From NCBI RefSeq assembly GCF_009914755.1, contig NC_060935.1: a DNA stretch of 64,000 nt; one strand, written 5' to 3'. The position numbers were made by a program, and so were the translations under genes. Of the stretch, positions 41,270-55,732 are shown piece by piece. Positions within the stretch are counted from its first letter, which is position 1. The number at the start of each line of letters is the position of its first letter. Under the pieces are notes generated by a model. The model did not search any database. It was not told the origin of the DNA and saw only the letters and a list, made by a program, of their open reading frames with translations. Source of the stretch: the human T2T-CHM13v2.0 reference genome, Homo sapiens.

Positions 41270-41520
41270 ACGTGGCTTAGGGTCCAGGCTCTGGAACCAG
41301 ACTTCTGTCTTCAAATCCTGGCTGCATCATCCCCCATGACCTTGGCCAAGTTCCTTTTCCATACCCTCATGCCTCGGCTTCCCCCTCTCTCAAAAGATCA
41401 TAATCGTGTCTACTTCACTGCATTATCAGTTAGGAGTAAATGCTCTCATGCAGGTAAAGCGCCTGGACTGGTACTCAACACATAATAGGTTCTCAGTAAA
41501 TGTCAACCAGTAGTACTGTT
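41270..41520 (+). mobile_element. MIR
   Basis: ggctctggaaccagac...ttcaaatcctggct...gaccttggccaagtt...gtaaagcgcctgg...cagtaaatgtc. Confidence 0.75.
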
Positions 41521-42822
41521 ACTGATATTATTTTACCTGCCAGGAGGAAAATGTTTGTGAGCCTAAGAAGAGGACCTGCCCCCTGAAAAACTGGGCTGGA
41601 GATACCTGCTCCTTCTCCCCTGCCTGGTTCTCATGGCCCCTTCCTGCTTCGGGTGGACCATCAACTGCACATGGCCCAGGGGCACCAGGGAGGATGCGTT
41701 GGAAAAGGGACAAGGGCACAGCGCCCACCCTCCCATCCTGCCCGGAGGAGCCCCGGCCGGCAGCTTGTGACAGATGGCAGTGCTTTGAATGACTACTTCA
41801 ATTTTAACTCTTTTCGATAATCCAGCACCCAAAAGCCACATACTTTAAAACTGTCCCTGGATCATAGATCAGCCCAAAGAGACCAAGTCCAACTCAGTTA
41901 ATAACCTCTGGAAACACCATCAATCACTGGGAGAGCCTCTCCTTAGGGCTCTCCATACCAACTCCTGGCAGAGATGAATGAATGGGCCACTGTGCTTGGC
42001 AGTGGCTCTGCCTCTTGGGCTATTTGCATCTCACCTTCTTGCGCTAGAACTTGGACTTTTTGGAGCTGACCCCAGGGTGGAGACAGGAGTCAGGCCGCTG
42101 GGCAGGAGCAACTGAGTGACTGTCGCTTGGAGAGAGGAGGCTGATGTCTCTCCCTGTCCTGCTCAAGGGAACCCCTCCCCTTCTTCCTGATCTCTCATGG
42201 CCTTGGTGGTCTCTGTGGCCTCAGGTGGGCTGGCCACAACCCCAGATGGCCTCAGCCTCTCCTGCGGGAGCCCCTTTAAGAGTCTGCCCCCTGGGGAGCC
42301 GTCACACAGGAGTCATATGGAGAACACAGTGTGCTTGAGCAATACCTGCTTCTCGTTGGGTGGGAGCTGCCACAGGCCGACAGCCATGCTTTGGACAATT
42401 TTGTTCCACAGAGGCTGGGCCCTCCCCTGGAAGCTGGCTGACCAGGGACTGCATCCTCTCTGATGGCGACACCCTGAGGCCTATGAGTTCCTCCTTCTGC
42501 TGGCTCTCATACCCAGCCCTGCTGCCTGCCACTTAAGTACCCTGCCCACACACCCAGCCTCCTAGTCTGTCACCTCCTGCTTCTCCCTTCAGTCCTCCCT
42601 GCACACCCTGCCAGAGGCCTCCCTGAAGCCTGATCACATCACTCCTGCACCTAAATCCAAGTTTCCTGGCCTGGTGTTCAATTCCAAACTAACCCTGCCA
42701 GGGACACTGTCCCTGTTATTTACTCCTCAGCCCAAACTCTTGGCTCAGGCCCAATGAATCATTCCTCCTTCACCCACCCCACCTTGTGCATTTCAGCACA
42801 TGGTTACTCATAACATGCATGA

Positions 42823-43180
<358 letters not shown>

Positions 43181-43887
43181 TAAAATCCTACCCATTCTGT
43201 AAGTCCCAGTTGAAGTCTCACCTCCTCCATGAAGTCCTCCTTGACCACTCCAGTCCCTACTTCTGGAACTAATGGCATGCACTGTCACTAATATAGCCCT
43301 AGGCACTGGGCATTGGCAACTTTGTATTGCTAGGTTCATGCTTGACTTGGAAGCCCTGCCTTATATGTCTTTGAACCCTGCACAGACATTCTTTTCTTTG
43401 TATCTCCCACCCCAGACCTATCTTCACATGTCCAGGTATTTCCCAGGCTTCAAAGCTGCCTCCTTTGGAATCCATGCTCTTGGGAGGGTGATGGAACCAG
43501 ATGAACAGCTCAAGAGGCAGGAACCATGCTGTCCTCTTCACTCCTGTGTTCTTAGTGCCTCACACCCAGCCTTTTGTTCAGAGAGCAGATGAAAGTTACT
43601 GGCTGGATTGGATTGCTTTAGACTTCATCTTCACCTCTTCAGTGGCATGTGTTGCTCTCTGCCTTATGTTATAAATGATATTCTCACACTCATCCTATAA
43701 CCTACTCAACATCTTGTTTCCCCAGCAACATCTATCAAGGTACCTTGCTGCAAATGCCAAACACTTGGATGAAAGCCTGGATGAAGTCTCCTCCAGCTAC
43801 CCTGGGAAGTGCTCTCTGGCCTATGGTAACCTACAGGTGGAACTTGAGGTGTGATGTGCCACCTGGGCTTGGTAAACAGCCCCTCCT

Positions 43888-44356
43888 TATGTGTATATAC
43901 CACATTTTCTATATCCACACATGCAGGTGGACATTTAGACTGCTTCCTCATCTTGGCTATTGTGAATAACATTGCAGTGGAATATTACTCAGCCACAAAA
44001 AAGAAGGCAATCTTTTCACATTCAACAAAATAAATGAACCTTGAGATCATTATGCTGAGTGAAACAAACCAATAACAGAAAGACAAATACTTCATGATCT
44101 CACTTATATGAGGCATCTAAAGCAGTTAAACCCACAGAAGCAGAATGTGGAGTGGTGGTTACCAGGACCTGGGAGGAGGGGGAAATGGAGAGTTACTATT
44201 CAAGGAGAATTGATGTTCATAGAGTCAGTCATGCAAGATGAGAGAGTTCCAGAGACGTAGATCATTGTGCTTAGTGTTAATGATAATGTATTGTACACAT
44301 AAAATTTTGGTGAAGAGGGCAGATTTCATGTTATGTGTGTTTTTCATAATAAAATA
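43888..44356 (+). mobile_element. L1MA/MB-type 3' end with short inverted 5' segment (43888-~43976)
   Basis: Antisense gtgtatataccacattttc...tcttggctattgtgaataa joined to sense gtggaatattactcagcc...agacaaatacttcatgatctcactta...aagagggcagatttcatgtta. Confidence 0.85.
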
Positions 44357-44499
44357 GTTTCTAAAGGAATTAAAACTATCCCACACTATACCCCTCTGGC
44401 CCCAGGATTCTTCTTCCCTTAGTTCTTTCTGCCCAGAACCACCTGAAGACTGGCAGCTGAGTGTTCTGAAAAAAGCTCTAAGCTTGGGGGAGGGAGATC

Positions 44500-44705
44500 C
44501 AGGTTTCTTGACTGTACTTCTTATTGACTGTGTGATGCGTGCAAAATACTTAAACTCCTTTCTCCACGTTTCCTTATCTTTGAAAATGGAGCACATAGAA
44601 ATACCAGTCTTGGCTACCCCGCAGAGTTTCTGGGAAAATCTAATGAGCTCATGTTTGAGGAAGCGCATTGTGAATAATAAAACACGATACAGGTTGCTAT
44701 TATTA
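44500..44705 (+). mobile_element. MIR
   Basis: gactgtgtgatgcgtgcaaaatacttaaac...tttccttatctttgaaaatgg. Confidence 0.6.
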
Positions 44706-44844
44706 TTCCAGCGAAGTTTCTGGCCAGATGGAGGCAGGGGGGTCAGAAGCTGTAGATCCTCTTTCTGTTTACTCATTTGAATTAGGAACCATCAAGGTTG
44801 CTACAGAAAGTGGCCCCGGAGCTTGAGCCACCTGGGGTGTTGTG

Positions 44845-45300
44845 CTTCCGTTAGGATTGGCTTCAGCTACCAGTGACCAACACAACAGGGGCTTCTATAG
44901 ATGAGAGTCGAGATTTCTCTCTAGTGAACACCTGGAGGCAGCAGGGAACGTCAGGGTGCCATGATCCTGCCCACTGGCTGTTCCGCCATCTCTATTGTGT
45001 AGCTCTGTCTTCATGGTTCAAGACGGCTGCCATCATATCCATGTCCTGGGTGGCTTCATGGAGAAAGAGACAAGTAAGAAAAGGCAAAGGGCACATGCAC
45101 CAGCCGTATTTTAAGGGAGCCTGTTGGCAGTTCTGACGCAATACTTATGCTTGCACACCATTGGCACTTGGTCACATAGCCGTGCTTAGTTGCAAAGGAG
45201 GCTGTGCAGCCTTCCTCTGGTGGCCATGTGCCCAGGGAATTTCTATTGCTTTGGAAGAAGAGAAAAATGAATATTGAAAGGAAAACTATCATGTCTGCTG
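44845..45300 (-). mobile_element. MLT1J-like solo LTR
   Basis: gttaggattggcttcagct...catggttcaagacggctgc...cattggcacttggtcacatagcc...tgcaaaggaggctg. Confidence 0.7.
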
Positions 45301-45729
45301 TGGGATGTAGGGCAGTTGGGAGGGGAGGAGAAGCTGGTCAAAATTCCCTTGTTTTTCTATTGGATCGTAAAGCCCTTCATGACTGTGTTTCTTTGAGCCA
45401 AAGACCTGACCAGAAGGTGACAGTTTAGACACTTGGTGTCAACAACTTCCTGCCATTCTCTCCCCACCCACAGGCCAAGCAGCCACCTGGATGCCCCAAT
45501 TTCAGGACTGAGAATTTAGAAATGAGCAATTTCACTGTTTTCCTGCCTCCGAGGAAAAAGTGGCCAAATTATGTTTCCTGATAAAGTAGGAAATAAGTAA
45601 AGGTGAGAAGCATTGTTTGCACACCTATCTCTAGCTGTCTGTCCGTCTCTCTGCCTATTATGACAGATAGACTGTGAACTCATAAGACTACCTGAGCCCT
45701 AAGTTATGAGTTGTGGAACAGATGCCTGA

Positions 45730-45865
45730 AAAATCATAGCACCAAGTACTTTACATGTTATGGTCTCCATTTTACAGATGAGGACACTGAGGCACTGAAA
45801 AATTAAACACCTTGTCCAAAGTCACACAGCCAAGCTGTAACTGAGCCAGGTGTGAACTCAGTGTC
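45730..45865 (-). mobile_element. MIR
   Basis: ctccattttacagatgaggacactgaggcact...tccaaagtcacacagc. Confidence 0.85.
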
Positions 45866-46369
45866 CTGCCTTCATAGTTCCCATTCTGACCACCACCCTG
45901 GACTCCCTGTGTGCACCTGCCTGTGTGTCTTACTTATCACATGTGGCTCTCTGTACCTCCCCCTCTGCCTGCCTTGACGGCTCCAAACCAGCCCTTTTTC
46001 CAGACCAGAAAGTCCTTTCCCAAGCCCTGTATTTTTCAACCTTCTTCTTACAATTTGCTTCCTCCACAAAGCCTCCCTTTACTAACCCACTTGGTCTGGC
46101 CAGTGTGAACCCCTCTGTCATCCCCTTCCACACTGTGTCTGTCACTCTGCCCAGCAGCAGCTGTTGGGCCCTAGTTCACATGCTTCAGTTGTAGGTGTCC
46201 CATGCATTTTCATGTGTCCCTCTCCTGGTCTTCCCACCCTGGTGAGCATCACTGGGCTGCAATCATAGTGTGAGCTCTGGTCTCTCCTCTCTCTGCCCCA
46301 CACACATCCCTGCTCCGCAGCGTGCATCTCCCTCCTGCTCCACCCCAATGGCTACACTCCTTTAACCAT

Positions 46370-47390
46370 CCTCTCTCTGCCTAGACCTAGAGCCCACCCT
46401 GGCCTCCCCTGGCCCTTTCCCTGAGCCCATAAAGATGCTCAGGTCATCCCATGTGGTGAAACAAAACTCTTGACCACTAGGATTCCTTTCTGGTTAATGC
46501 CCTCTCATTTTCCTCCCTTGCTCAGCCAAGTTTTTTGAAAGAGTGGTCCGTACTTGCTGTTGCTTTTCTGCTGTTTCCCATATCTCCTCAACCAACGTAG
46601 CCTGGTTTCTGCTCTTGCATGACAGACTCACATCCAGCCAAGGCCATGGGTGGTCACCATATTACACACCAAATGGGCCCTCCTCAGCCCTTATCCTTCT
46701 GTTACTGCCCCTGGCATTTGACACTGTTAACTGCTCCCTCCTTCTGAACAACTGGATCCTTGCCTTTATTACCATGACACCCTTGTCTCTTGGTTCTCTT
46801 TAAACGTCCCTCACCAGTTTTTCTTAGTCATTATTTCTTATTCTCTTTTCTTACATGTCCACACTCCCCAGGGCTCTGACCATTTTTCCTCTTCTTTTCT
46901 CACTCTACACCATCTTCCCAGGTGATTTACTACACACGCATTACTTTAAATGACACTATCGCGCAGCAGATCTCCATTTCTGGTGTGCTGCTGAGACCCA
47001 CACCTGTGTATCCAGCTGCCTGCTGGTCACCTCCTCTTGGATGTGCATGTCGTCTCAACCTCGGCATTTCTAAAACCAGCTCCTCACCTTCTCCCAAACC
47101 TGCTTGGCCTGCTGCATTTCCTTTCTCAATCAGAGGCACTAACAACCACTTGGCCATTGAGTCAGGACCTGGAGAGCCATCTGGTTCCTTTCTGTTCCCA
47201 TTCCCCCCACCCAGTCAGCCTCCATGTCCTACCAACTCTGCATCCCCATCTGATTTTTTTCTCCATCACCTCCAACTTTGCCTTCCCGAGTGACAACATG
47301 AAGTTCCCAGGTCACCCACTGTCCCCATGGCTGTCCCTCTCCATTTCTTTTTCCTCCCAAAGTGACCCCTTTACAAATTCAAATTCAAAC
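46370..47390 (+). mobile_element. L2 internal fragment
   Basis: cagccaagttttttgaaagagtggtc...gcatttgacactgttaactgctccctccttctgaa...cttggatgtgc...ctcaacc. Confidence 0.7.
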
Positions 47391-47394
47391 ATTT

Positions 47395-48385
47395 ATACAT
47401 TCAGTGAATGTTTCTTGGGTGCCTCTTAGGTTCCAAGCATAACACTTATGTCCTAAGTGTTAGCGATATAGAAATGAATGATACAAATAAACTCTTTCTT
47501 CCTGATGGAATTTACCTTCTAGTTGGGGAGGTAGGAGTGGGGGAGAACAGACAGCAAGCAAGTAAACAAGTAATTCTATGTCAGGTGATGGTAAGTTCTA
47601 AGAAGGAGAATAAAGAAGGATAAGGGAATAAGAGGTGACCATGAAGCAGTGCTGTTGTGGAAGGGCTTGGAAAAGATGTCTCTCCAAAGGTGATATTTGA
47701 GCAAAGACAAAGGAAGTGAGAGAGTGAGCCTTGTGAGTATCTGGGGTGTGGGGGGAAGAGCATTCCAGATGGAGGGAACTGTGTGCTTTCTGTGTTTGAG
47801 GAGCAAAGGGGCCAGCATAGCTGGAGAGGAGGATGGACAGAATGAGGGTATAGAAGTGGTGGGGAGGGCAGTGGGCAAAGGACCTTGTAGGTCATTGTGA
47901 GGACTTTGGCTTTGACGGTGAGTGAGGTGGAAGCCATCTGAAGGTGGGGAACAGAGGCCGGCAGGATCCAACCTTCATCTTAGATGGGTCACGCAGGCTG
48001 CTACTGCAGAATAGTCTGCAGGAAGATCAGTTAGAAGGCAGGTGCAAGAATTCAGGTCACACAGGATGGCAGCTGGACCTGGGCCACAGCAGTGGAGTGG
48101 TGAGAAAGGTCAGATTTGAGAGATGTGTTTTGAAGGAGAGTTGATGAGGAATTTGTGACAGATTGGATATGGAGTGCAAACAGAGAGGAGTCAAGACTGA
48201 TTCCAAGGACTTTGGCTGGACAGCTGGAACTGTGGAGTTGCCACTTTCTTACATAGAGAAGACAGAGGAGGGTTTAGCCAGTGGTCAGGGAGAGTATAGT
48301 TTGGACAGGTTAGGCTTTGGAGACCTTAAACTCAAATGGGGATGAACTTGGATACTTAGGGGAGGAATCGAGGCTGGAGATGTCC
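47395..48385 (-). mobile_element. L2 (3' end leftwards)
   Basis: cattcagtgaatgtttcttgggtgcc...gatatttgagcaaagac...ccttgtaggtcattgtgaggactttggc...gaggagtcaagactgattccaagg. Confidence 0.85.
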
Positions 48386-49084
48386 CCCGCTGCTGAAAGT
48401 CCCAGAATGGCCCCCCTTTGCCCCAAGGTCAGCATTTACCCTGAGAGAGTGGGGTAGAATAAAGGGCTCTCCCAGCAAGACAGAGGGAGGGAGTTGGAAA
48501 AGTCAGAGGATCAAGTAAAGCCACTAGGAAGCCAAATCCAGCACCAACGAAGGGAGTTGCCATAGGTTATCAACACCGCAGGGGGCAAAAGCAAGCATAA
48601 TATTCATTTCTATTTGTCTAACAGTCTCAGCTCAGTTTTTGTGACTTCTGGAAAGCTTTTCCCACCTCTCTAAGTAGGTTAAATCTCTCTGTTATAAGCT
48701 TTTATAGCACCAGGTAGGTAGCACTTGCCATAATTTACACTAGATGTTTATAATTTTTAAAAAACTACATTGATATTACATTTGATATTTGTAAGTTGCC
48801 ATTGCACATTTAATTATTGGATTCATGTTTGGCTCCTCCATTAGACTAAAGCTACATAAGGGCAGGGACTATTTCTGTCTTGTTTTTTTTGCTGTAATGA
48901 GAGAACGAATGGATTCCTGAGTGCCCAGAGCCTGGAATTCCAGAGGCAGAGGGAGAAAATCAGAGTGGTCGAGGTCAGAGGCAATCGTCTGGAACTCACG
49001 TCGTGGTCAAAGACTAGTTTTTATGGGCCAGCCAAGGCGGAGGGCATGGGTGGGGATGGGGTGAGTATACAGAGACCCCCAGGC

Positions 49085-49520
49085 GTGGCATTCACTACCC
49101 TCCATGGCCTGGCTCCTTCCTGCCCTCCAGCTTCATCTCACCCCTTCTTTTTCTCCATCTCTGCGTTCATCTTTATAACCCCAATGGACCGCTTGTAGCT
49201 CCCATATATTTGCTATTTCACACCCCCAGCCATTACTCACGCTCTTCCCTCTCAACCTTCTGTTCTCATCCACAGTGAATTATTGCTTATCTTTCAAAAC
49301 TACACTCAGATGTCAACTCCTTCAGGTGGCCTTTGTAAATCCCCCCAGACTTTCCCTCTTTCTTCTGCTCTACACATGACAGGGTCATTATGTGTAAACT
49401 AACAGGCTGCTGTCCAAAGGCAGGGGCCGTATTCCAGTCATCACTACACCCCCAGCACCCAGCATAGTGCCCAGTACAGAGTAAGCGCTTAACAAATGAG
49501 CAAATGAGTGATGAATGAAT
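49085..49520 (+). mobile_element. L2 3' end
   Basis: cccagcacccagcatagtgcccagtacagagtaagcgcttaacaaatg...gaatgaat. Confidence 0.75.
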
Positions 49521-52500
49521 AGCCATCTACCCCAGATTTCCTGAAACAGTATAGATGTCATCCGGCCTGTCCCATCAGCCCCTACATCTATTCATAGTTG
49601 TCACACCATGAGTCCTGGCTTTTCTCCTGAAAATTGTGGTCACTGCAGAATAGTGCAGTAGTTCCCAACCTAAAGTCCTTGGACCCCCAGGGAAAGCAGT
49701 AATAAGGCTCGGAGAGCTTCTGTCGATGTCTGAAATAGCTTACAGAAATCACACTGTTATCTGCACTCAGGCTGCACAGCCTAACTAAAACATCAGATTT
49801 CTCTGCTTTTAGCTGGGATTGTGTCGACTCGGCGACATGCTAACAGTGGTTATCTTGTGCGAAGCAGGAGTGCAGATTGGCTGGGAATGACATCATAGGA
49901 GTCCCTGGGGCCGTTGGAAGGAAAAGCAATAAATGTGGTCCTGGGAAGTGAAAAGGTTAGGGCCATGATGATGGGGGATGGAGCTCTGGGCTCAGAATTA
50001 GGAGACATGAGAGGCGGGCGTGGCATCAGTTCAGTGAGCCACCCAACTTCTCTGGAAAGTGGGAATAATCACATCTACCTTGAGGATCAAATTAGGTCAA
50101 AACGTCTCCAAAATGGTGCAGAACCAAGCGAGGGACAGGCTTACGCCTAGCCTGGGAGGTCCTGAAGGGGTACACGGGCAGCGGTGGAAGGAGATGACGT
50201 GTCTGGAGAAATAAGCTGTTTGCTGAGGTTGGAGGGGGCTATATGGAGAGAAGAAGAGTTGGGTGGGAGTTGGGGCAGTTGGGGCAGTCAGGCGGGCACC
50301 AGATTGTGAAGGAGCTGTGAAGTTCATGCTAGGAAATTGAACCATATGGTCCTTTTGGTATCAAGAAATCCAAAGTTGCTATTGGCCCTCAACTAAAATG
50401 GAGGAAGGGACTAGAAGGTGTGGATCCCAGTGCCCCTGCCCCCATGGTTTTGAACACAGACTCCATGCCTAGCCCACCTCCTTCAGTGTCACTTTCAGCC
50501 TGTGGCTCTGAAGGTTCCAGCCTAGCTGTGGCTTCCCGCAGGTGGAGCGCCCTTGAGTCCTGGCTGCTTGAGAGTACGCATTCCTGCTGGGCGATGTTCC
50601 CAGCAACCGGCCAGGTCACTGGGTGCAGACCTTCGCACCACGGTAAGGAGGGCCAGATGGACGTTGAGCCAGACAGAAGCCCCTGTGGGCAATGGGAGCC
50701 TTTGATGGGGGCGTGACTGTGTCCCGGCTGAACCCCAGAACAGGGCCAAGGTAATATTATGCTTGAGGGCTGCCACCTCTGCCACCACCCCCACCGCCTC
50801 CCAGGCTTCTCCTGAAAAGCCTCCATTCCTCAAGATCAAGGGAAAATGCTGCCTTCGGGGGGAATCTCTGCCCTCCCTGAGTCCCAGCTTGGAATTAATT
50901 CATCGCCTCTCTGCACTCCCGCTACGTGTTGCAGACACCTCTACTTCCTACTTATTTTGTTGGGCTTCACATTGTGGTGATTTCCTTTCTTGCCTGTCTC
51001 CACCAGGCTGTTTGTGAGATCACCTCTCATCTACAATCACTCTCCCGCCCCTGATGCCAAACCTGACTCCTGCAGCTGGGGCCCCAGAAACGTTATTGAC
51101 CCAGAGAGAAAGTGTCTTTGATGGCCAATTCTGATGGCCAATTCTCATGCCCAGTTCGATCCTGCCCTGGTGTTCATTTGTCTGAATTGAGTGCCCCGCT
51201 GGCCCCTTTGTGTCCTCTCAGTGTGAACAGGGATAAAGGTTGAAACAGTACCCAGAGGGCTCCTTAAGAGAGAGTTTCCATCAAAGCATCCAAAGATATC
51301 TCTGGGGAGGACACAACGTGGAGGCAGCCGCAGAGAAATGAATGTCCTATCACTAAAATTTCCAGAAAAGGAGATGATGTCAGTGCTGCCCTTAGGCCCT
51401 GCTTTGTACCTATCAGATTTTTGGAGACAGAAAGCCCTTCGAGATGGCTTCTCCCTTACTCAGCCCACTAGAGCCGCCAAATTGCTCTCCCCTCTCCACC
51501 TGGAGTCAGAGGGAATGGGCAGAAGCCTAGAGCGCTCCTTCAGCAGGGTGGGAGACTGTCTGCCACCCCCTCCGTGGGTGGGGCCAGCTTCCGGCCCCTT
51601 CTGCTGGTGACCGTGCTGCGCTCCTTTCTAGCAAACAAGGGAGCGTCTGGCAGCTGCTTTGTCTCCCTGCGGCCCCTCCAAGTCGCTGCTCTGGAAAACA
51701 CTTGCCTCTGTCACCAGGCTGCACCTGTAAATAAAGCAGAAGATAAAAGAGGCCTTTCTGTTTTTCAAACTGTGACAGGCACATCCCGGCAAATTACCTT
51801 CATGTTTTTTTAATAGAAGTAAAAAGGTTTGGGTGGCTTGCGTTGCCTGATACAGAAGCACTTTTCTCTCATTCAAGCCGCCACAGATGGGATAATGAAC
51901 GCATTTTTATCTCCATCTCTAAACAAGACGCAAAGAACCTGGAGTTAGACAAACTTTCCTTTACGGCATTTTGAGGACAGAGCTGGGAGTGGTGAAAAGC
52001 TCTTGGTGCTTGGGAACTAAAGGCCGGGAACTTGTTCAGGCTAGAAGTGTATTTGCCTCCTGTATGCAGAGACCCACTTGTGTATTTCAATCTCAGTTTA
52101 TTTATCTACAAAATGGGCGTAAGGGACCCTATTTCCAGGTTTGTTGAGAAAACCCCTGGCCCAGCCTCGCCCCAAGGAAGCTATTCAATAAACTTCACTG
52201 AAGCCCATCCTGGTTGTTATCCAGATGTTCATACCACTTGGCCAAATGTGCCCACCAAGAAGCAGCCATTCAAGGGCCCCTATCCCAGTGAGGAGAAGCC
52301 TGGGGTCTATCTCCACAGCCTGCTGGACACATGCCTGTGCGTCTGGCCACTGGAGCCCCTGCCATGCCCTGCAGCCCTTCCCAGGGACACGGATGTTGGG
52401 GTGCCTCCCTCCATCAGCCCCGCCTCTGGGCTGTCACTGTGCCTGTCTCATGTTGCTATGCAGTTATTTATCCACACATTTCTCCTTCCTCAAAAACTAG

Positions 52501-55107
52501 GAGAGAAAAATCACAGAGGGCAAGTCTCATCCCCTGCGGATGTTCTTATCCTCAGTGCCCTGTGCGATGCCTGGCACACAGTAGGTGCTCAGAGCACATT
52601 TGTGGGTGAATGAGTGGCTCAGAGAAGCTTGACCCTCACACACCTGGGCTGAGCAGGGAAGCAGGCTCCCAGGAAGCAGGAGGCTCCGCAGCCGAGAGTG
52701 GTGTTGGGCCCACCCCTCACCCAGGCTCCCCACCTTCCATGTGTCTGGACTGGGCCAGGCCTGTGCCCGTGTTTCCAACAAACCTGGAAATAGGCCCCAT
52801 ACCCATATTTTGTAGATAAAAATAAATTTGTGAAACTGGTTTTGTAAGCTTTGGCTCCTCATCCACCTCAAGGGTATAAAAATACCACATGAGAGGCTCA
52901 AGAGGCCTGGGGGCCCCCTCTGCAGTGAGCTGTCTGTGGATGGAGGAGGCTGCCTCCCATCCCCTAATCATGAGGGAACCTCAAGAGAGCTTGGCTGAGG
53001 CCTGAGAAAATTTGAAGGAGAGCTAGACTGCCCGAGAAGGCAGGGCAGAGAGGGTGGGGGCCCCACAGGCTTCTCTCCTGGAGTTTGGCAAGGCAGGGAG
53101 GGAGCCTGTGTCCTGCTGGCTGGGGTGGATCTCCCAGAGGGATGCCAGGAAGTCTGAAGGCCTCACGCCAAGGCCAGAGGCAGGGGCGTGCCCTCTTCTT
53201 CAAGACTGGAGAAGTTGGATGTTCCTCAGCAGCCTTGCTCACATCAAGGGAGGTACAGCTGAGAGAACCCACACAAGCCCAGGACAAGAGAAAGACTTGG
53301 CATGTGGAATCTGCCAGGCCCAGAGGGCACAGGTACCCTACCACCATCCTACAAGTCAACGAACACTTTCCCTGGCCCGTATTTCTCCCCCAGCCCCACC
53401 CTATCTGACCTGGGGGGAGGGGGCAACGAGTCAGGGAAGAGTGATAGAACTGACTCTCCCTCCTCCCCCTCCTCAAGGTTCCAACTTGAGCCAGACCAGG
53501 CTGCGGGGTGGCAGTTTCAAATAGGATAGGATGGAGGCTTTGCTAGTAGACTGGCTTGGGCCTTTTTTTTTTTTTCTTTTTTAAATCTGACAGTAGCACC
53601 CAAAGCTATGAGATATTCCAAAGTGGTCCTCCAATGATCAGGGAGTAATGTGCTGGAAGGGGCTAAGTCAAAAGAACGCACTTGCATCCTGTTTGTGCCC
53701 AATCGAGTCCAGCGCCGCCAGTGGACGGATTCTATTTGGATTAGAGCTGTGTGCCCCGGGGAGCCGAAGCAACTCCTGAAGACATGTGCTAAGGCTTTCG
53801 GTGCTCAAGCCGCCCTTCCTCATCTGGCCTAACTCAGAGTTCGGCGATAGAGGAAAGGGGGCCTTCTGATTTCATCCTAATCGAGGTATAGCACATTTGA
53901 ACCTCATTAGAAGATAAGAAAGACACCAAGAGAGTTTAGAGGGAGAGGGGCACATCCATTTAGGCTGCTCCGTTCATGATTCCTACCTGGAGTCACCTCC
54001 CAGCATGAAGTGGCTCTTACTAAGGGGGAGGGAAGGACCCCTGGAAGATTAGGCTTTGAGTTGCAACTTTATTCTTTCTTATTATTTATTTTCTTTTAAA
54101 TGTTCATTTTAAATTTTCTTTTAAATGTTCATAATTGCTGGATAATCCAGAGACATGATTGTCTTTTTATTTGCATATGGAAAGGCCCCCAACTCATTCA
54201 AACACCAAAAGCCCTTCTCTTTAAATCAACCACAGTTTCACCGCTTGAAGTTGTTCCAGAAATTGAGATCTTGCAATCTTTATTTACTGGGTTGGTTTAA
54301 CTCCTTCTGGGCTGCTCCTTCCTTTAATTCTCTTCCATGATGAGGAGGCTCTAGGATAAGAGAGAAAAATAAACCCAGAGAGGGCTCCTGTGGCTGGGCT
54401 GGCTGTTCGCTGAAATGGAAATGTGTTTACGGTGTGAGAACAAAACGATCTTGGGCAGTGAAGTTGGCAAAAAGAGATAAAGGGGATTTGGTTAGAAGCG
54501 AGAGTTAAATGATAGTAAAGGTCTAGAGAAGCCATGATCAATAAATATAAAGTTCAACCTCATTGCTTTTTGCCTCTGAGAAGGGCTGAGCCCCGCCTGC
54601 CTCCCCCACCATGGGCCTCGGGCTGCAGACTCTGCTGGTGGATTCAGCGATGAGGCCCTCAGACTGTAAGCATGAAACTCACTCTGTCCGAGAGAACTCT
54701 CATGGAGGCAGGGAGGGGTGGATCCAGCCCTCCTGCTCCTCTTGCCGGGTGCATACAAGACGGGCACTCCATGTGTTCTGTGGCTGCCCAACCAGCCCAG
54801 GGCCTCCAATGGGGGCACTGTCCAGAGAATCCTAAGTACTTGCATTGGACACCCCATTTTCAAGACAGAATAATCTCAAGAAGAAAACTGTTTATTATCA
54901 CTATAGAATTTAGGGCAAATCACTTGCTTTGTGAACAACAAGTACATACTTTGAAGAAAAATGGAGTGAGAGAGTCTCAGAAATGATCTTCAGCTCAACG
55001 AAGGGCAGATGCCCTCTCATTTCCTGCCATCTTAATGCAGGGCTGTATATGCAGAGGAAAGAGCATTGGTCTCTGTGTAGACCATCACGGTGGGATTCTG
55101 AACCTAG

Positions 55108-55653
<546 letters not shown>

Positions 55654-55732
55654 TGACTGTTGAAAGAGTAGGCAGCAGGAAGAACTTGTGTTGCATTACA
55701 TCTTAGAAGCTGGGGAGGATGAGCAAGGGAGG

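Noticed and set aside
52032-52613. 193-aa ORF
   Set aside because: Runs through MIR- and L2-like sequence; no domain
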